From Octopus vulgaris (Eukaryota), in assembly GCA_951406725.2 (NCBI GenBank), contig OX597836.1, positions 12,772,001-12,836,000 of the forward strand: 64,000 bases of DNA. The letters run 5' to 3'. Shown here piece after piece: positions 1 through 14,584 of the stretch. Positions within the stretch are counted from its first letter, which is position 1; every line of letters begins with the position of its first letter. A program made the position numbers and the translations under genes. Under the pieces are notes generated by a model. That model did no database searches, had not been told where the DNA came from, and was given only the letters and a program-made list of their open reading frames with translations.

Positions 1-918
1 TAAAACAGGTGTGATATATATATATATATATAATATATAAATTTTGCTACTATTCTGGATTATCTCGACTGCCTGTTGAATGGGTGTGTGATACTCTTAG
101 TAACAGTTAGGAGAAGTTTTTACGGGTTTGATAAAATAGTATTTTTTTTTTTTAATGCTGGTTTCAGTCATTAGACTGTGGCCAAGCTGGAGCACTGCCT
201 CGAACAATTTTAGTTGAACAAATACACATCAGTACTATTTTACTTGTTTCAGTCATTTGACTGCGGCCATGCTGGAGCACTGCCTTTAGTTGAATACATT
301 GACCTCAGGACTTATTCTTTGTAAGCCTAGTGCTTTTTCTATCAGTCTCTTTTTCCGAACTGCTAAGTTACAGGGATATAAACACACCAACATCGGTTGT
401 CAAGCGATGGTGAGATGACAAGCACATACATACATACATATATATATATATATACAACAGGCTTCTTTCAGTTTCTGTCTACCAAATCCACTCACAAGGC
501 TTTGGTCGACCTGAAGATATAGTAGAAGACACTTGCCCAAGGAGCCATGCAATGAGACTGAATCCAGAACTAGGTGATTGAGAAGAAAGCTTCTTACCAC
601 ACGGCCAATCCTGTGCCAATATATATATATTATACACACACATATATAAAATATAAATATTATACACACACACACATAATATATATTATATACACACATA
701 CATATATATGAAATATAAATATTATACACACACACATAATATATATTATACACACACACACATATATATTATATTATACACACACATAATATATATTATA
801 TTATACACACATATATATATAATATATATTATACATACACTCATAATATTATACACACATGTATATATTATATTATGCACTCACACACATATATATATAT
901 ATATATATATACAAACAC

Positions 919-950
<32 letters not shown>

Positions 951-1112
951 ATATAAGAGAATGGTCACTATGTGGCTCATATAGTATCTAATTCTCTCAC
1001 CCTTATTAATTAAATATATATATATATATATATTATACACACACATATATACATAATATATATTATATACACACATATATATGAAATATATATTATATTA
1101 TACACACACACA

Positions 1113-1156
<44 letters not shown>

Positions 1157-1462
1157 TTTATAGAAAGAGAGGGGGGACACGTGGCGGGGGAGAGTCAGAG
1201 AGGTATTTAAGGCAAGATAAAAAGAGGCCGAGCCGATAAAAGTCATTGTGCGACTGACCAAACGGATCTGCGAACAGGGCTGACAAGTAAAAGGCTGGTT
1301 AGAACAACTTTGCCAGCACGGAAGTTGGTTTTTCTGAAACATGGGAGTAAAACAATTCATTGTGTAAATAGCCATTGTGTTCGTGTGGGTTATTTTAACC
1401 ACAATGTTGTTGTGTGGAGAGTAGGGGCTTAAATGAAAGAAAAACCCGGCAACAATGATCTC

Positions 1463-2192
1463 TAGTGTTGTTAACTAAAGCCTGGCTTACACGTTTTTTT
1501 TTAGAGGGCCGACGCGGTGATGGTGGGGAAGAGAAAAAGTACGATCAATTATATCGACCAGAGTGGGTTTTATACGGGGGGGGGAAATGTGAAAAGGAGT
1601 AATGTTGATTGGGAAATTATAAATAGATGTTGTTTGCGTGGCTTAAGAAAAAGTAAAAAAATAATGACCGCGGATGTTTATATCAGGAAAGTGCTGGTTA
1701 AGAAAATTATGCTTTGCCGAGGAGGTTTAAATAAGGCAGAAACATGTCAGAAATTCCACCTTCCTATGGAATAGCAATGATGATTCAGGAATCAACAACT
1801 GATGTTGTCTGCATTGCTAAACAAAATAACAACTTTAGTGTTAACTAAAGCCTGGCTTACACGTTTTTTTAGAGGGCCGACGCAGTGATGGTGGGGAAGA
1901 GAAAAGTACGATCAATTATATCGACCAGAATGGGTTTTATACAGAATTGAAGATACAGCCACCTACGGGAAATATGCAAAGGAGTAATGTTGATTGGGAA
2001 ATTATAAATAGATGTTGTTTGCATGGCTTAAGAAAAAGTAAAAAAATAATGACCGCGGATGTTTATATCAGGAAAGTGCTGGTTAAGAAAATTATGCTTT
2101 GCCGAGGAGGTTTAAATAAGGCAGAAACATGTCAGAAATTGTTCTGTCACTGTACTTACTAGACCTCTCACCTTCCTATGGAATAGCAATGA
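1463..2192 (+). repeat. Direct tandem duplication, period about 370 bp
   Basis: 1463-1780 and 1836-2192 are near-identical apart from two indel blocks. This explains the twin ORFs 1517..1774 and 1947..2162. Confidence 0.9.
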
Positions 2193-2257
2193 CATTTCAG
2201 GAGTGGTTGGTGTTGGGAATTATTATTACTATTATTATGATTATTATTATTAATGCA

Positions 2258-2298
<41 letters not shown>

Positions 2299-2675
2299 CA
2301 TTTCATCTGTCTTTACATTCTGAGTTCAAATTCTGCTGGGATCGACTTCGCCTTTCATCCCTTTCAGGGTCAATAGAATAAGTACCAGTTGAATACTGGG
2401 GTCAGTGTAATTGGTTTACCCAATCCCTCAAACATGCTGGCCTTGTGCCAAAATTCGAAACTACTATTATTGGCAGAATTGTTAGCATGCTGAGTGAAAT
2501 ACTTAGCGGTATTTCATCCATCTTCATGTCCTGAGTTCAAATTCTGCCAAGGTCAGCTTTACCTTTCATCCTTTTGGGGCCAATAAAATAATTATCAGTT
2601 GAGTAACACTGGGGTCCATGTAATTGACTTGCCCTCTCCCTCAAAATTGCTGGCCTTGTGCCAAAATTTAAAACC

Positions 2676-3500
2676 ATCATTGTCATCCTCGTTATCATAA
2701 TCTTCATCATCATCGTCGTTATCACCCTCGCTATCATCATCATTGTCGTCGTCACCCTCATTATCATCATCGTTATCATCATCATCGTCGTCATCATTAT
2801 CATCATCGTCATCGTCATCATCATCATCTTTGTCATCCTCATTATCATCATTATCATCATCTTTGTCATCCTCATTATCATCATCATCGTCATCCTCCTC
2901 ATCATCATCGTTGTCATCCTCGTCATCATCATCATCGTCATCCTCATTATCATCATCTTTGTCATCCTCATTATCATCATCGTTGTCATCATCATCATCT
3001 TTGTCATCCTCATCGTCATCCTCATTATTATCCTCATCGTCATCCTCATTATCATCATCATCGTTATCATCATCGTCGTCATCATTATCATCCTCATCGT
3101 CATCCTCATTATCATCCTCATCATCATCATCGTTATCATCATCGTCGTCATCATTATCATCATCATCGTTGTCATCCTCGTTATCATCATCATCTTTATC
3201 ATCACCATCTTTATCATCATCGTTATCATCATCATCATCGTTGTCATCCTCCTCATCATCATCATCGTTGTCATCCTCGTTATCATCATCTTTATCATCA
3301 TCGTTATCATCATCATCATCGTTGTCATCCTCCTCATCATCATCATCGTTGTCATCCTCGTTATCATCATCATCTTTATCATCATCGTTATCATCATCAT
3401 CATCGTTGTCATCCTCCTCCTCATCATCATCATCGTCGTCATCATCCTCGTCATCATCATCATCGTCGCCGTCCTCTTCCTCCTCATCATCCTCATCACC
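2676..3500. repeat. (ATC/GTC/CTC)n trinucleotide tract with higher-order units of about 60-66 bp
   Basis: About 820 bp of triplet-phased repeat. Confidence 0.95.
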
Positions 3501-4943
3501 ATTGCTTCTGCAGCAGCTTAGTTTCTGAGATGTTCCTATATTCAGCAAAGATATTTCCTCACTCTACAAATTAAGTCTTATCATAAGAAGTTCGTTTCAG
3601 ATACGAAAGCTTAAACAGACGAACACTTATTTATCGAATTACAATGGAAAGATAATATAAGCTATGTGTTATAGTTGAATCTTCTGTTAGACATTGTAAA
3701 CAGCAACCAATAATTCCAGTCATCATCATCTTCACCAACAACAATGATAGCTAATAGACATAAATGACTCAAAAACGAATGTATTTGTGTATATGTATCG
3801 TCTGTGTATGAGTGTGTATCAGGATATTTGAATGGATGGTTGGATATCCCACTAAATATATTTGTATACAGAAATAACGAAGTAATCTTGATAACAGTAT
3901 GAAATCAACAGTGTAAAGAAATGAGAGATGAAATTCGAACAACGTTTTGTTCCCCCCTCTTTTTGTATCAGTTTTCAGGCAATTGAAAGTTGAACAAATA
4001 CCCACGACCACTGCCAAAGAAAAATATAAAATAAAATAGATTATTAAAGTCAAAGGTTGATTTATATTTTGATTGGAATTCTTATGTTTTTTGGCGCCAA
4101 CCGTTTTGAAGGCGCCAATATCTCTGAGCTGTTTCAATCGTGGGTAATATTGATGTGTTATGTTGGTGAATACAACAGTTATGGATAGTGAGATACGATT
4201 GATACGACTAACAAACATTCCTATATAATGTAGAGTGATAAATCTTCTTATTCACAGTGAATCGTTGCAGACGACAGCCATACCAAAATGGAGTCAAACT
4301 TTAACACTTGCTCTGCCATAATCAAATATTAGCTTTTCTTTTCGCTTTCTCTCCCTCGTATTTATTTATTACGGACGAGTTGTCGACACGTACTAATGTT
4401 CTTCTAATATTCTTGTAATACTGATAAACTGATAAATCGTACAGGTTCCGGTGAATATCCTTAAAATATTGTAAAATAAATTGAAACCACGTGGAAGTTA
4501 CATAACGAGCTTCAGATGACACCAAATTTAATTTCCATTGTCAAGGCAGTTATAATTTGATCAGAGGTTAAGGAATTCGATGTGTGTTATTCTTGTTCAC
4601 CAAAGCAACCACTAGACCTGCTAGAAATAGTAGCTAATTCTCCTTCTAATCACACCTGGTTCTTTTTATTATTTTTAGTTGCTTCAGTCATTTTACTGAG
4701 GCCATGCTGGAGCACCGCCTTTAGTCGAGCAAATCGACTCCAGGACTTATTCTTTGTAAACCTAGTACTTATTCTATCGGTTTCTTTTGCCGAACCGCTA
4801 AGTTAGGGACACGTAAACACACCAGCATCGGTTGTCAAGCGATGCTGGGGGGACAAACACAGACGCACAAACACATACATATATATACATATATACACAT
4901 ACACACACAATAGGCTTCTTTCAGCTCCCAATGTTTATTTTTG

Positions 4944-4982
<39 letters not shown>

Positions 4983-5703
4983 TACACAATAGGCTTCTTT
5001 CAGTTTCCAATGTTTAGTTTCACTCTGTATGTATGTGTGTGTTTATGTGTCTTTATATTTGTCTCTCCATCACTGCTTGACAACCTGTGTTGGTGTGTTT
5101 ACCTCCCCACAACTTAGCGGTTCAGTGAAAGAGACCAACAGAATAAGCACCAGACTTTTTTTTTTTTTTAAATAAGCACTGGAGTCAATTCGTTCGACTA
5201 AAATTCTTCAAAGGAGTGCTCCAGCACGGCCACAGTCTAATGACAGAAGCAAGCAAAAGACCAAAAGATAGAAAATCCTTAAAAATGTTGAAAATTCGAT
5301 TGAAACAACTTGGAGTAAGATTGCCAGCTTCAAATGACACCAAATTTAATTTTCTTTCGCAAGGAAGTCATAATTTGATGAAAGGTAAAAGAAATCCAAA
5401 AGTTTTATTTTTGTTTGCCAAAGCAACCATAATATGCAAGAGAGAGTAACTAGATTTCCTTGGAACATACACTACCGTCAAAAGGAAGAAACACCGTATG
5501 TGATAAGACATGGTTGTCATTGACATACTACACCTAAATAAAGAGAAATGTCTTGTGAAAAATAAGGGTGAGCAAATCGACCCCAGGACTTATTCTTTGT
5601 AAGCCTAGTACTTATTCTATCGGTCTCTTTTGCCGAACTGCTGAGTTACGGGGACGTAAACACACCAGCATCGGTTGTCAAGCGATGTTGGGGGGACAAA
5701 CAG

Positions 5704-5773
<70 letters not shown>

Positions 5774-5774
<1 letters not shown>

Positions 5775-6105
5775 AAGGCACGTGGCTCAGTGGTTAGAGC
5801 GTCGAGCTTACGATCGTGAGGTTGTGAGCTCGAATCCCGGACCGGGCTGCGTGTTGTGTTCTTGAGCAAGACACTTTATTTCACGTTGCTCCAGTTCACT
5901 CGGCTGTAGAAATGAGTTGCGACATCACAGGTGCCAAGCTGTATCGGCCCCTGTCTTTCCCTTGGACAACATCGGTGACGTGGAGAGGGGAGGCCGGTAT
6001 GCATGGGCGACTGCTGGTCTTCCATGAAACAACCTTGCCCAGACTTGTGCCTCAGAGAGTAACTCTCTAGGTGCAAACCCATGGTCAGTGTTTGACCGAA
6101 GGGGG

Positions 6106-6108
<3 letters not shown>
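5774..6108 (+). mobile_element. SINE family D (tRNA head GGCTCAGTGGTTAGAGCG..TCGAATCCC) nested in a family A microsatellite
   Basis: Second copy at 38128-38460. A copy with a D-like head and C-like tail lies at about 55818-56092. Confidence 0.8.
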
Positions 6109-6181
<73 letters not shown>

Positions 6182-6844
6182 TATGATGGGCTTCTTTCAG
6201 TTTCCGTCTACCAAATCCACTCACAAGGCTTTGGTCGGCCCGAGGCTATAGTAGAAGACACTTGCCCAAGGTGACACACAGTGGGACTGAACCTGGAACC
6301 ATGTGGTTGGTTAGCGAGCTACTTACCACACAGCCACTCCTACGTCTGACTATATTTGTATATAAAGTTACTAGAATTCCTAAGGATGCTATGTGCGGTA
6401 GACTGGTAATGTAACTGTTTGTTATTGATGTTTAGCTCCAAGTCAAACCTAAGATCAAAAGCGTTCCAGTGATGGCCATCCTGTTTTAATTTCAGATATA
6501 TTTAATTTCAGATATATTACAGAACCACATTTTCTTACATTTCTTCCCTTCCTTCAATTAAGATCATATGAGAGAGATTTTTGACAGTTTTAATTGGCTA
6601 CCATTTCTAGTGAGGTCGCTGAAAATTTTTGCATTTATTTTAGAACAGCTCTTACTTCTCTGCTCCAGATTATTACCAAACATATTGCTGCTACTGCTGC
6701 TGTTGTTGTTGTTGTTGTTGGTGCTGGTGGTTGTGGTGATGGTGTTTTACTGCTACTGGTGTTGCTGCTGCTGGAAAAATAAATGTATTTGTACGCACGT
6801 ACATATGCATACTCCCAAACAAATTTTATAAGGGGACACATACA

Positions 6845-7027
6845 TGGGATTGCATCGTCACACACATTCACACACACACACACACACACAGGATTGCATC
6901 ATCACTCACATACATACAGGATTGCATCGTCACACATACTTACACACACACACACACAGGATTGCATTGTCACACACACATACATGGAATTGCATTGTCA
7001 CGCATACACACACATGGAAATGCCTCA

Positions 7028-7058
<31 letters not shown>

Positions 7059-7121
7059 TGCATGTGGAATTGCATCGTCTCTCACACACATACAGGATTG
7101 CATCATTGCACACACTAATTC

Positions 7122-7172
<51 letters not shown>

Positions 7173-7275
7173 TATGGTATTACATTGTCACATACACACA
7201 CACATATGGAATTGCATCGCCTCACACACACACACACACGGGATTGCATCATCACACACACTCACACACAAACAT
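6845..7275. repeat. (CA)n-based minisatellite with recurring GGATTGCATC/GGAATTGCAT anchor
   Basis: Anchor recurs every 30-70 bp between CA runs. Confidence 0.85.
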
Positions 7276-8769
7276 ACACATGAACCTAAATCTATATGCA
7301 AATAAATACGAATACATGCAAATGCGTATCTCTACGCCGATGCACATGTGTATCTACCGAAAATTTACAAAATTGCAAAACATAAAAGCGAACATATCCA
7401 AAAATGTTAATGTTTCTACAAGCAACAAGAAAGAAAGAAAACAATTATAAACTAACATCTATGAAACTACACCACATCTATAATTAAATTGTTCACCAAC
7501 ATTGACAATGAGCACCTGCACAAAATATAACCAATTTGACAGAGTGGAGTTCTAGCTATCAACAACTAATCTCTTACTTTTCAAAACACTTCTTTATGCA
7601 AAAAGAAAACGAAACACAACGCAATCATCAATTAGGACAGTGGTTTTCCACTGGGGTCTATGTGGTCCCTCAGGGTCCATATAAGATTTTTAGAGGTCTA
7701 TGAAAGAACATAGTAAATTGGGGAGCCACAACAGTATTTTAAAGGCACATTAAAATTGCTGATGTGGCCAATGACAGTACCACCTGATTGGCACTCATGC
7801 CAGTGGAATGTTGTAAGCACATCTGAACATGGGGTGTAAATGGCCCACTTTGGCTATAATAGAAGACACTTGCCCAAGGTGCTATGCAGTGGGACTAAAC
7901 CCAGAACCATGTGGTTGGTAAGCAAGCTTCTTACCACACAGCCATGCCTGCTTCATGGTTAGGGTATCTGGCTCATAAAGTCAAGGGTTTGGTTCCTGGC
8001 AGCACATTGTGTCCTTGAGCAAGACACTTTATTTCACATTGCCCCAGTCCACTCAATTGGTAAAAACAAGTTGTATGTGTTATTCAAAGGGGCCAGCCTT
8101 ATCCCATTCTATATCACACTGAAATCTCCCTGAGAACAATGTTATGGGTGTGCATGCTTGTGGAATACTCAACCACTAGCACATGTATTTCATGAGCAGA
8201 CTGTTCCTGTTGATCGGATCTTCTTCTTGCACCCTTTTCAAGCCTAGACAGGCTCATGGGCCCAGTTTCCCAGTTTCTATGGCGTATGTGTTCCCCCCAG
8301 CTAGACAGGACGCCAGTCCATCGCAGCGTTATTCAAGAAACAGGAAGAAAGAGTGAGTGAAAGAGTACAACAGAGGTCGCCACCACCCCTTGCCGGAACC
8401 TTGTGGAGCTTTTAGGTGTTTTCGCTCAATAAACACACACAACGCCCAGTCTGGGAATTGAAACTGCAAGTCCACTGCCCTAACCACTGGGCCATTGCAC
8501 CTCCACAAACAATATATTACAGAGGAATATATACGTTATTGTTTGCTTTGTCGCTGTTTTGCATGTAACTCATGAAATATTATCAGTTTGACAGACATCA
8601 GCTCATATCAGTGAGTCCGCTGCCCTAACCACTGGGCCATTGCATCTCCACTTTTTTCTTTTTTTTTTTTTTTCTTAATGATCCTTCCGCAGTTGATCGG
8701 ATCAACTGGAACATATGTCACCATAACCGACGGAAAACCAGTTTAATAAACTTGCACATATTGTACATA

Positions 8770-9880
8770 TTAAATACAAAATTTAATAAATTGCCATGTT
8801 GCCTTCCATCAAGATGATGAGCACTGAATATTAACGGTGGCCAATGAGGTAATTTTAGGAAAAAAATTCATTGATATCTCAAACAACTTCATCTAGAATT
8901 AACAATAGACATAACTCTAAACAGTAAATTTCTTTGATTCAACACCAAACTTAAGCAGTGGCAACGACCACCCCTTCAGAAAGCTCAAGAAATGGTTGCT
9001 ATTCATTTAATGCTGTTTATGGGATTTTGTGTTATTTGAGATATTTGCGATCTATTGAATTTTATCTTTAATGTCACTTAGCCTCAGAATGGTGTTGTAA
9101 TATTCATTGATGGAAACTCCGGCCATCCATGCTTCATCCTCAAGATTATAGTCAAGAATATCAGCATATCTTCAAATGAAGCCACTTTCACTTTTACTTA
9201 TATACTGAAAGGAAGCCTATTTCATTACATCGCCCAAATATTACAACACTCTTTTGCTGCTAAGTGACATTAAAGGTAAAATTCAATCGATATCAAACAT
9301 CTCAAATAACACAAAATGCCATAAAGAGCATTAAACTGCCCCCAGCTCAGTTTCAATGTCAGAAAAATTCACTAATAAATGTCTCACTTTGATTCAATTA
9401 CGTTGACCTTAAAATGTCCAACAGACACGATGTTAAGCTAAATTAGAGCCGGATCATATAGCAAGCAACAGTGACATAAATGTATTACATAACAACAACA
9501 TGGACACCTTCCAATGTGCAGTTGTACTAACCCCCACAAACTGCCAACTCAACTATTGATGTCTTGAAAAAAATCAATAGCATACCACACATATGTATGC
9601 ACTAATAACATACCACAACCTACAATGATTCAACAGAGAATACTTTTAAAAAGAAGATTCTACCAACACACCTACGCCTTCAGAAATATTAACATAAGAA
9701 CAGTCCAAATGCATGTGGCTGTTGAAAGCTCAACACCAACAGGAGAAACATGTTAGAGACCATGTTAGAGTACCAAGCAGAATGAAAATTGCAGTCTAAG
9801 TGCTGCAAAATAGACTATATTGCACAATTCCACAGAAGTTAGTATTAAAGCTCCATTCTGAACTCAAACTCTGGTTTGAA
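8770..9880 (+). mobile_element. Highly decayed Penelope-like element (RT C-terminal part through GIY-YIG)
   Basis: Fragmentary motifs in collinear order across frameshifts: RKKFIDI, LELTIDI, VNFFDSTPNL...PFRK, SGHP, SSNE, CSC.NP.NCQL, STENTFK/RRFYQHTYAFRN. Confidence 0.55.
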
Positions 9881-10063
9881 CTCCTTATATATACACAGGC
9901 CCAAGTCGAACAAATCAATCCCAAGATTTATTCTTTGTAAGCTTAATACTTATTCTGTTGATCTCTTTACTGAACCACTAAGTTATGGGAAACATAAACA
10001 CATCAGCATTGGTTGTCAAGTGATGTTGGGGGACAAACAGACACACAAATGCATATATGCATA

Positions 10064-10221
10064 CCATATTTTAACATGTATAAGGAACCTATTTTGGTCA
10101 AAAATTAGGTTAAAAAATATGGGAGTTTCTTATACCTTGCAGTATTATAATCCCTTACAAAACCCTTTTCCAAATTTTAAGCCCCCAAAATTAGGGGGCT
10201 CTTTATACACGTTAAAATACA

Positions 10222-10222
<1 letters not shown>
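10064..10222. mobile_element. Small TA-flanked Tc1/mariner/pogo-type MITE nested in a SINE microsatellite
   Basis: TA|CCATATTTTAACATGTATAA ... TTATACACGTTAAAATACAG|TA imperfect TIRs. Confidence 0.6.
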
Positions 10223-10257
<35 letters not shown>

Positions 10258-10660
10258 GACAGACTTTTTTCAGTTTCTGCCTACCAAATTTACTTACAAG
10301 GCTTTGGTTGGCCCGAGGTTATAGTAGAAGACACTTGTCCAAGGTGCCACGCAGTGGAACTGAACCCTGAATCATGTGGTTGGGAAGCAAGCTTCTTACC
10401 ACACAGCCACTCCTGCGCTTACGTATGTTATAATAATGAAGTCAAACCAAATAGTGATACTCTTTTACTTGTTTCAGCCATTTGACTGCGGCCATGCTGG
10501 AGCACCACCTTTAGTCGAGCAAATCGACCTCAGGACTTATTCTTTGTAAGCCTAGTACTTGTTCTATCGGTCTCTTTTGCCGAACCGCTAAGTGATGGGG
10601 ACGTAAACACACCAGCATCGACTGTCAAGCAATGTTGGGGGGACAAACACAGATACACAA

Positions 10661-10710
<50 letters not shown>

Positions 10711-11729
10711 GACGAGCTTCTTTCAGTTTCTGTCTACCAAATCCACTCACAAGGCTTTGGTCAGCCCAAGGCTATAGTAGAAGACACTTCAGTGGGACTG
10801 AACCCGGAACGATGTGGTTGGGAAGCAAGATACTTACCACACAGCCATTTAATACACAAGTTTCCAGCCCACATAAATTCTGATTCATTTATGTATATAT
10901 TTATGCATTTAATGAAGCGCTTTACCCAAATTTTTAATAGATTTTTCTTTGGTTCCTAATTCATATAATCCTTAGAATATCTGCTGTAATGACAAGCTTA
11001 AGCATTTAACCTTTCCCTACACATTTCCCATGAACATCGACCCCTCCTTAAATAACTGCAAAACAATTCTTCTTTACATTCTCTGTTTATTTGTATCACT
11101 GTTTCCACAAAGTCCTTATTTACACAGCTTCATCCACACCCTTACCCTCTATGCATGTCTACAGTGATTAAACACCCAAATGGTTTTATATTAATGTATG
11201 AATGTAGTTTCGTGTACACAAGCATTTGCATAATAACTTTCTGAGCTTCCATATATTTTGTATCTAATTGTTTTTATATTCCTGTATTTTTTAGATTTTT
11301 GGGCAATTTTGGGGTTTTTTTTTTTGTATTTTTGTATTATTCAAACATCCGTTCTTCATGCATTGATGCAGATTAACATGCAGATATGCAGATTCACGCG
11401 TCCATGCAAGGAGGAATGCAGATGTGTGCATTTAAAAAAAAAAATTGCGTGTAGATTTATGTGCATGCATGCAACCATACAAACACACCTCAGTATATAT
11501 ACATATATATATATATATGCGTATAAAATTGTGGATATGTGTGTGTGAAAGTGTCCATGCAATTGCATGCATGTGCAACAGAATATTCATAGAATGTCTA
11601 AGTATACATGCATGTGTTTGCATACATATCTCTATAAATGCATGTGCGTACACAAGCGTGTCTATGTGTGTGTGTGTGTGTGTGTGTACAGAGATAGATA
11701 GAATGATAGATAGATAGGTATATATGTAT

Positions 11730-12141
11730 ATATGCATGTATATATATGTGTGCATATATATATATATACATATATATATGCATGTGTATATATATATATA
11801 TATATACATATATATATGCATGTGTATATATATATATATATATATACATATATATATGCATGTGTGTATATATATATATATATATATATTACATATATAT
11901 ATGCATGTGTATATATATATATATATATATACATATATATATGCATGTGTATATATATATATATATATACATATATATATGCATGTGTATATATATATAT
12001 ATATATATATACATATATATATGCATGTGTATATATATATATATATATATACACATATATATATGCATGTGTATATATATATATACATATATATATGCAT
12101 GTGTATATATATATATATATATATACATATATATGCATGTG

Positions 12142-12173
<32 letters not shown>

Positions 12174-12181
12174 TATATACA

Positions 12182-12214
<33 letters not shown>

Positions 12215-12294
12215 GCATGTGTATATATATATATATATATACACATATATATATGCATGTATATATATATATATATATATACATATATATATGC

Positions 12295-12335
<41 letters not shown>

Positions 12336-12342
12336 TATATGC

Positions 12343-12381
<39 letters not shown>

Positions 12382-12428
12382 TATATGCATGTGTATATAT
12401 ATATATATATATATACATATATATATGC

Positions 12429-12473
<45 letters not shown>

Positions 12474-12477
12474 TGTG

Positions 12478-12500
<23 letters not shown>
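11730..12500. repeat. (TA)n-derived minisatellite, unit ACATATATATATGCATGTGT(AT)n
   Basis: About 20 units of roughly 35-45 bp. Confidence 0.95.
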
Positions 12501-12520
<20 letters not shown>

Positions 12521-12786
12521 ATGTATGCATACATATGTGTGTGCGTATATATACACATGTATATGTGTGTGTATATTTCCCTCTCTCTCTTTCGGAGAGG
12601 CACAAGCACCTACACGCACATATACACACACAGCAGTAACTTCCACCTACCGAATTCAATCACAAAGCTCCGGTCAGCTCGGGGCTATAGTGACAGACAC
12701 CTACCCAAAGTGCCACGCAGTGGGACTGAACCCGAAACCATATAGCTAGGAAGCAAGCTCCCTAACCACACAGCCATGCCCGCGCC

Positions 12787-12827
<41 letters not shown>

Positions 12828-12865
12828 GAAAGAATGGAGTTGAACGACAATTCATTCAACTACTC

Positions 12866-12902
<37 letters not shown>

Positions 12903-13957
12903 TTAGTGTACACAAATATGTTTATCTGTCTATATATATATATAATTGCTTCTGTGCACATATATGTGTGAAGGTGTGCATATCTGCAACAGAAACCACA
13001 CAGTACAATTTCATACACACGTGTGACTCTGCAGCCTAGACCAAAATGAAGGTCAACTGATTCCCTAAATACAGCTCAACAATGGTGACCCCTCATCACT
13101 TTTCCATTGTTTCATTGCCAAGACATTAAGGCGTAATAAGTTCTGAACGTGAAATAATAGATTCAATATTAAGATTGCTTCCAAGCTTTCCCCTAGGCCA
13201 AACCTAATAGCCATCATCATCACTACCATCATCACCACTAGTATGATCATTATTATTGTTGTTGTTGTTATTATTACTATTATTAGGGCAGCAAGCTGGC
13301 AGAGTCATTAGCAAACCGGGCGAAATGCTTAGTGGTATTTCGCCTGTTGCTATGTTCTGAGTTCAAATTCTGCCAAGGTCGACTTTGCCTTTCATCCTTT
13401 CGGGGTCGATTAAATAAGTACCAGTTATGCACTGGGGTCGATATAATCGACTTAATCCATTTGTCTGTCCTTGTTTCTCCTCTCTGTGTTTAGCCCCCTT
13501 GTGAGCAGTAAAGAAATAGGTATTTCATCTGCTTTTATGTTCTGAGTTCAAATTCTGCCATGGTCGACTTTGCCTTCATCCTTTCGGGGTTGATAAATTA
13601 AGTACCAGTTATGCACTGGGGTCGATGTAATCGACTTAATTTGTTTGTCTGTCCTTGTTTGTCCTCTCTGTGTTTAGCCCCTTGTGGGTAGTAAAGAAAT
13701 AGGTATTTCATCTGTCTTTATGTTCTGAGTTCAAATTCCACCGAGGTCTATTTTGCCTTTCATCCTTTCGGGGTCGATAAATTAAATATCAGTTGCATAC
13801 TGGAGTCAATCTTATCGACTGGCCCCCTCCCCAAAAATTTCAGGCCTTGTGCCTAGAGTAGAAAAGAATATATTCAGTTAATTTATAAACATTCATTTCT
13901 ATTCTTTCCAAACTGTTTCTATCTGGAGGCCCTCAGCAAATTCTCCAAAAAACATAC

Positions 13958-14111
13958 ATTCATATTGTATTTTGAAAAATAAATATGATTCACATATAAA
14001 TATCTACGATTGATATACACATGAGTAAGCACACAGATGCAAAACAAGGTGGTAATAAAAATAGTACTCAAGTACCAGAGGTAGATTAATATACTTTTTT
14101 TTGTATTAATG
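13958..14111 (-). other. Candidate exon of an unidentified minus-strand transcript
   Basis: Strong acceptor ttttttttcttctgttcttgcag| and a possible donor |gtatgt. One frame is open for 51 codons with a hydrophobic stretch (SILIYLWYLSTIFITTLFCICVL). Another frame reads CAT TAA, so it could instead be a terminal exon. Confidence 0.25.
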
Positions 14112-14549
14112 CTGCAAGAACAGAAGAAAAAAAAAATGCTAGTCAAAGTTGCACATTCCGGTTCATCAGGCAGTTGTAATTAAGCATGGAATAAAATTGC
14201 GATTGTACTTGTAATGTGTAATTTGATGTGATTCAATCTGGTGAATAAGCATTTGAATTTCATTGGGTGGTTTTGCTAACGATTTTTTTGGAAGTGCGCA
14301 AATTGAACGGTAAAATATAAATATATATTATTGTATAATATCGAAAAAATCGTTGAGTTAAAAAAGGGATGGCTGTGTGGTAAGTAGCTTGCTTACCAAC
14401 CACATGGGGTTGTGGGTTCAGTCCCACTGCGTGGCACCTTGGGCAAGTGTCTTCTGCTATAGCCTCGGGCCGACCAAAGCCTTGTGAGTGGATTTGGTAG
14501 ATGGAAACTAAAAGAAGCCCGTCATATAAGTGAGTGAGTGAGTATATGT

Positions 14550-14584
<35 letters not shown>

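Noticed and set aside
1517-2162. Twin ORFs (NVDWEIINRCC...) as duplicated small genes
   Set aside because: Products of a tandem duplication with different starts and ends and no splice support. They may be very decayed PLE endonuclease sequence, but this is not supportable by eye.
11432-12749. Long ORFs of 250-400 aa rich in Y, I, H, M and C (also at 16-18 kb, 35-37 kb, 41 kb, 43 kb and 46 kb)
   Set aside because: Translations of (TA)n/(CA)n microsatellites, which lack stop codons in all frames.
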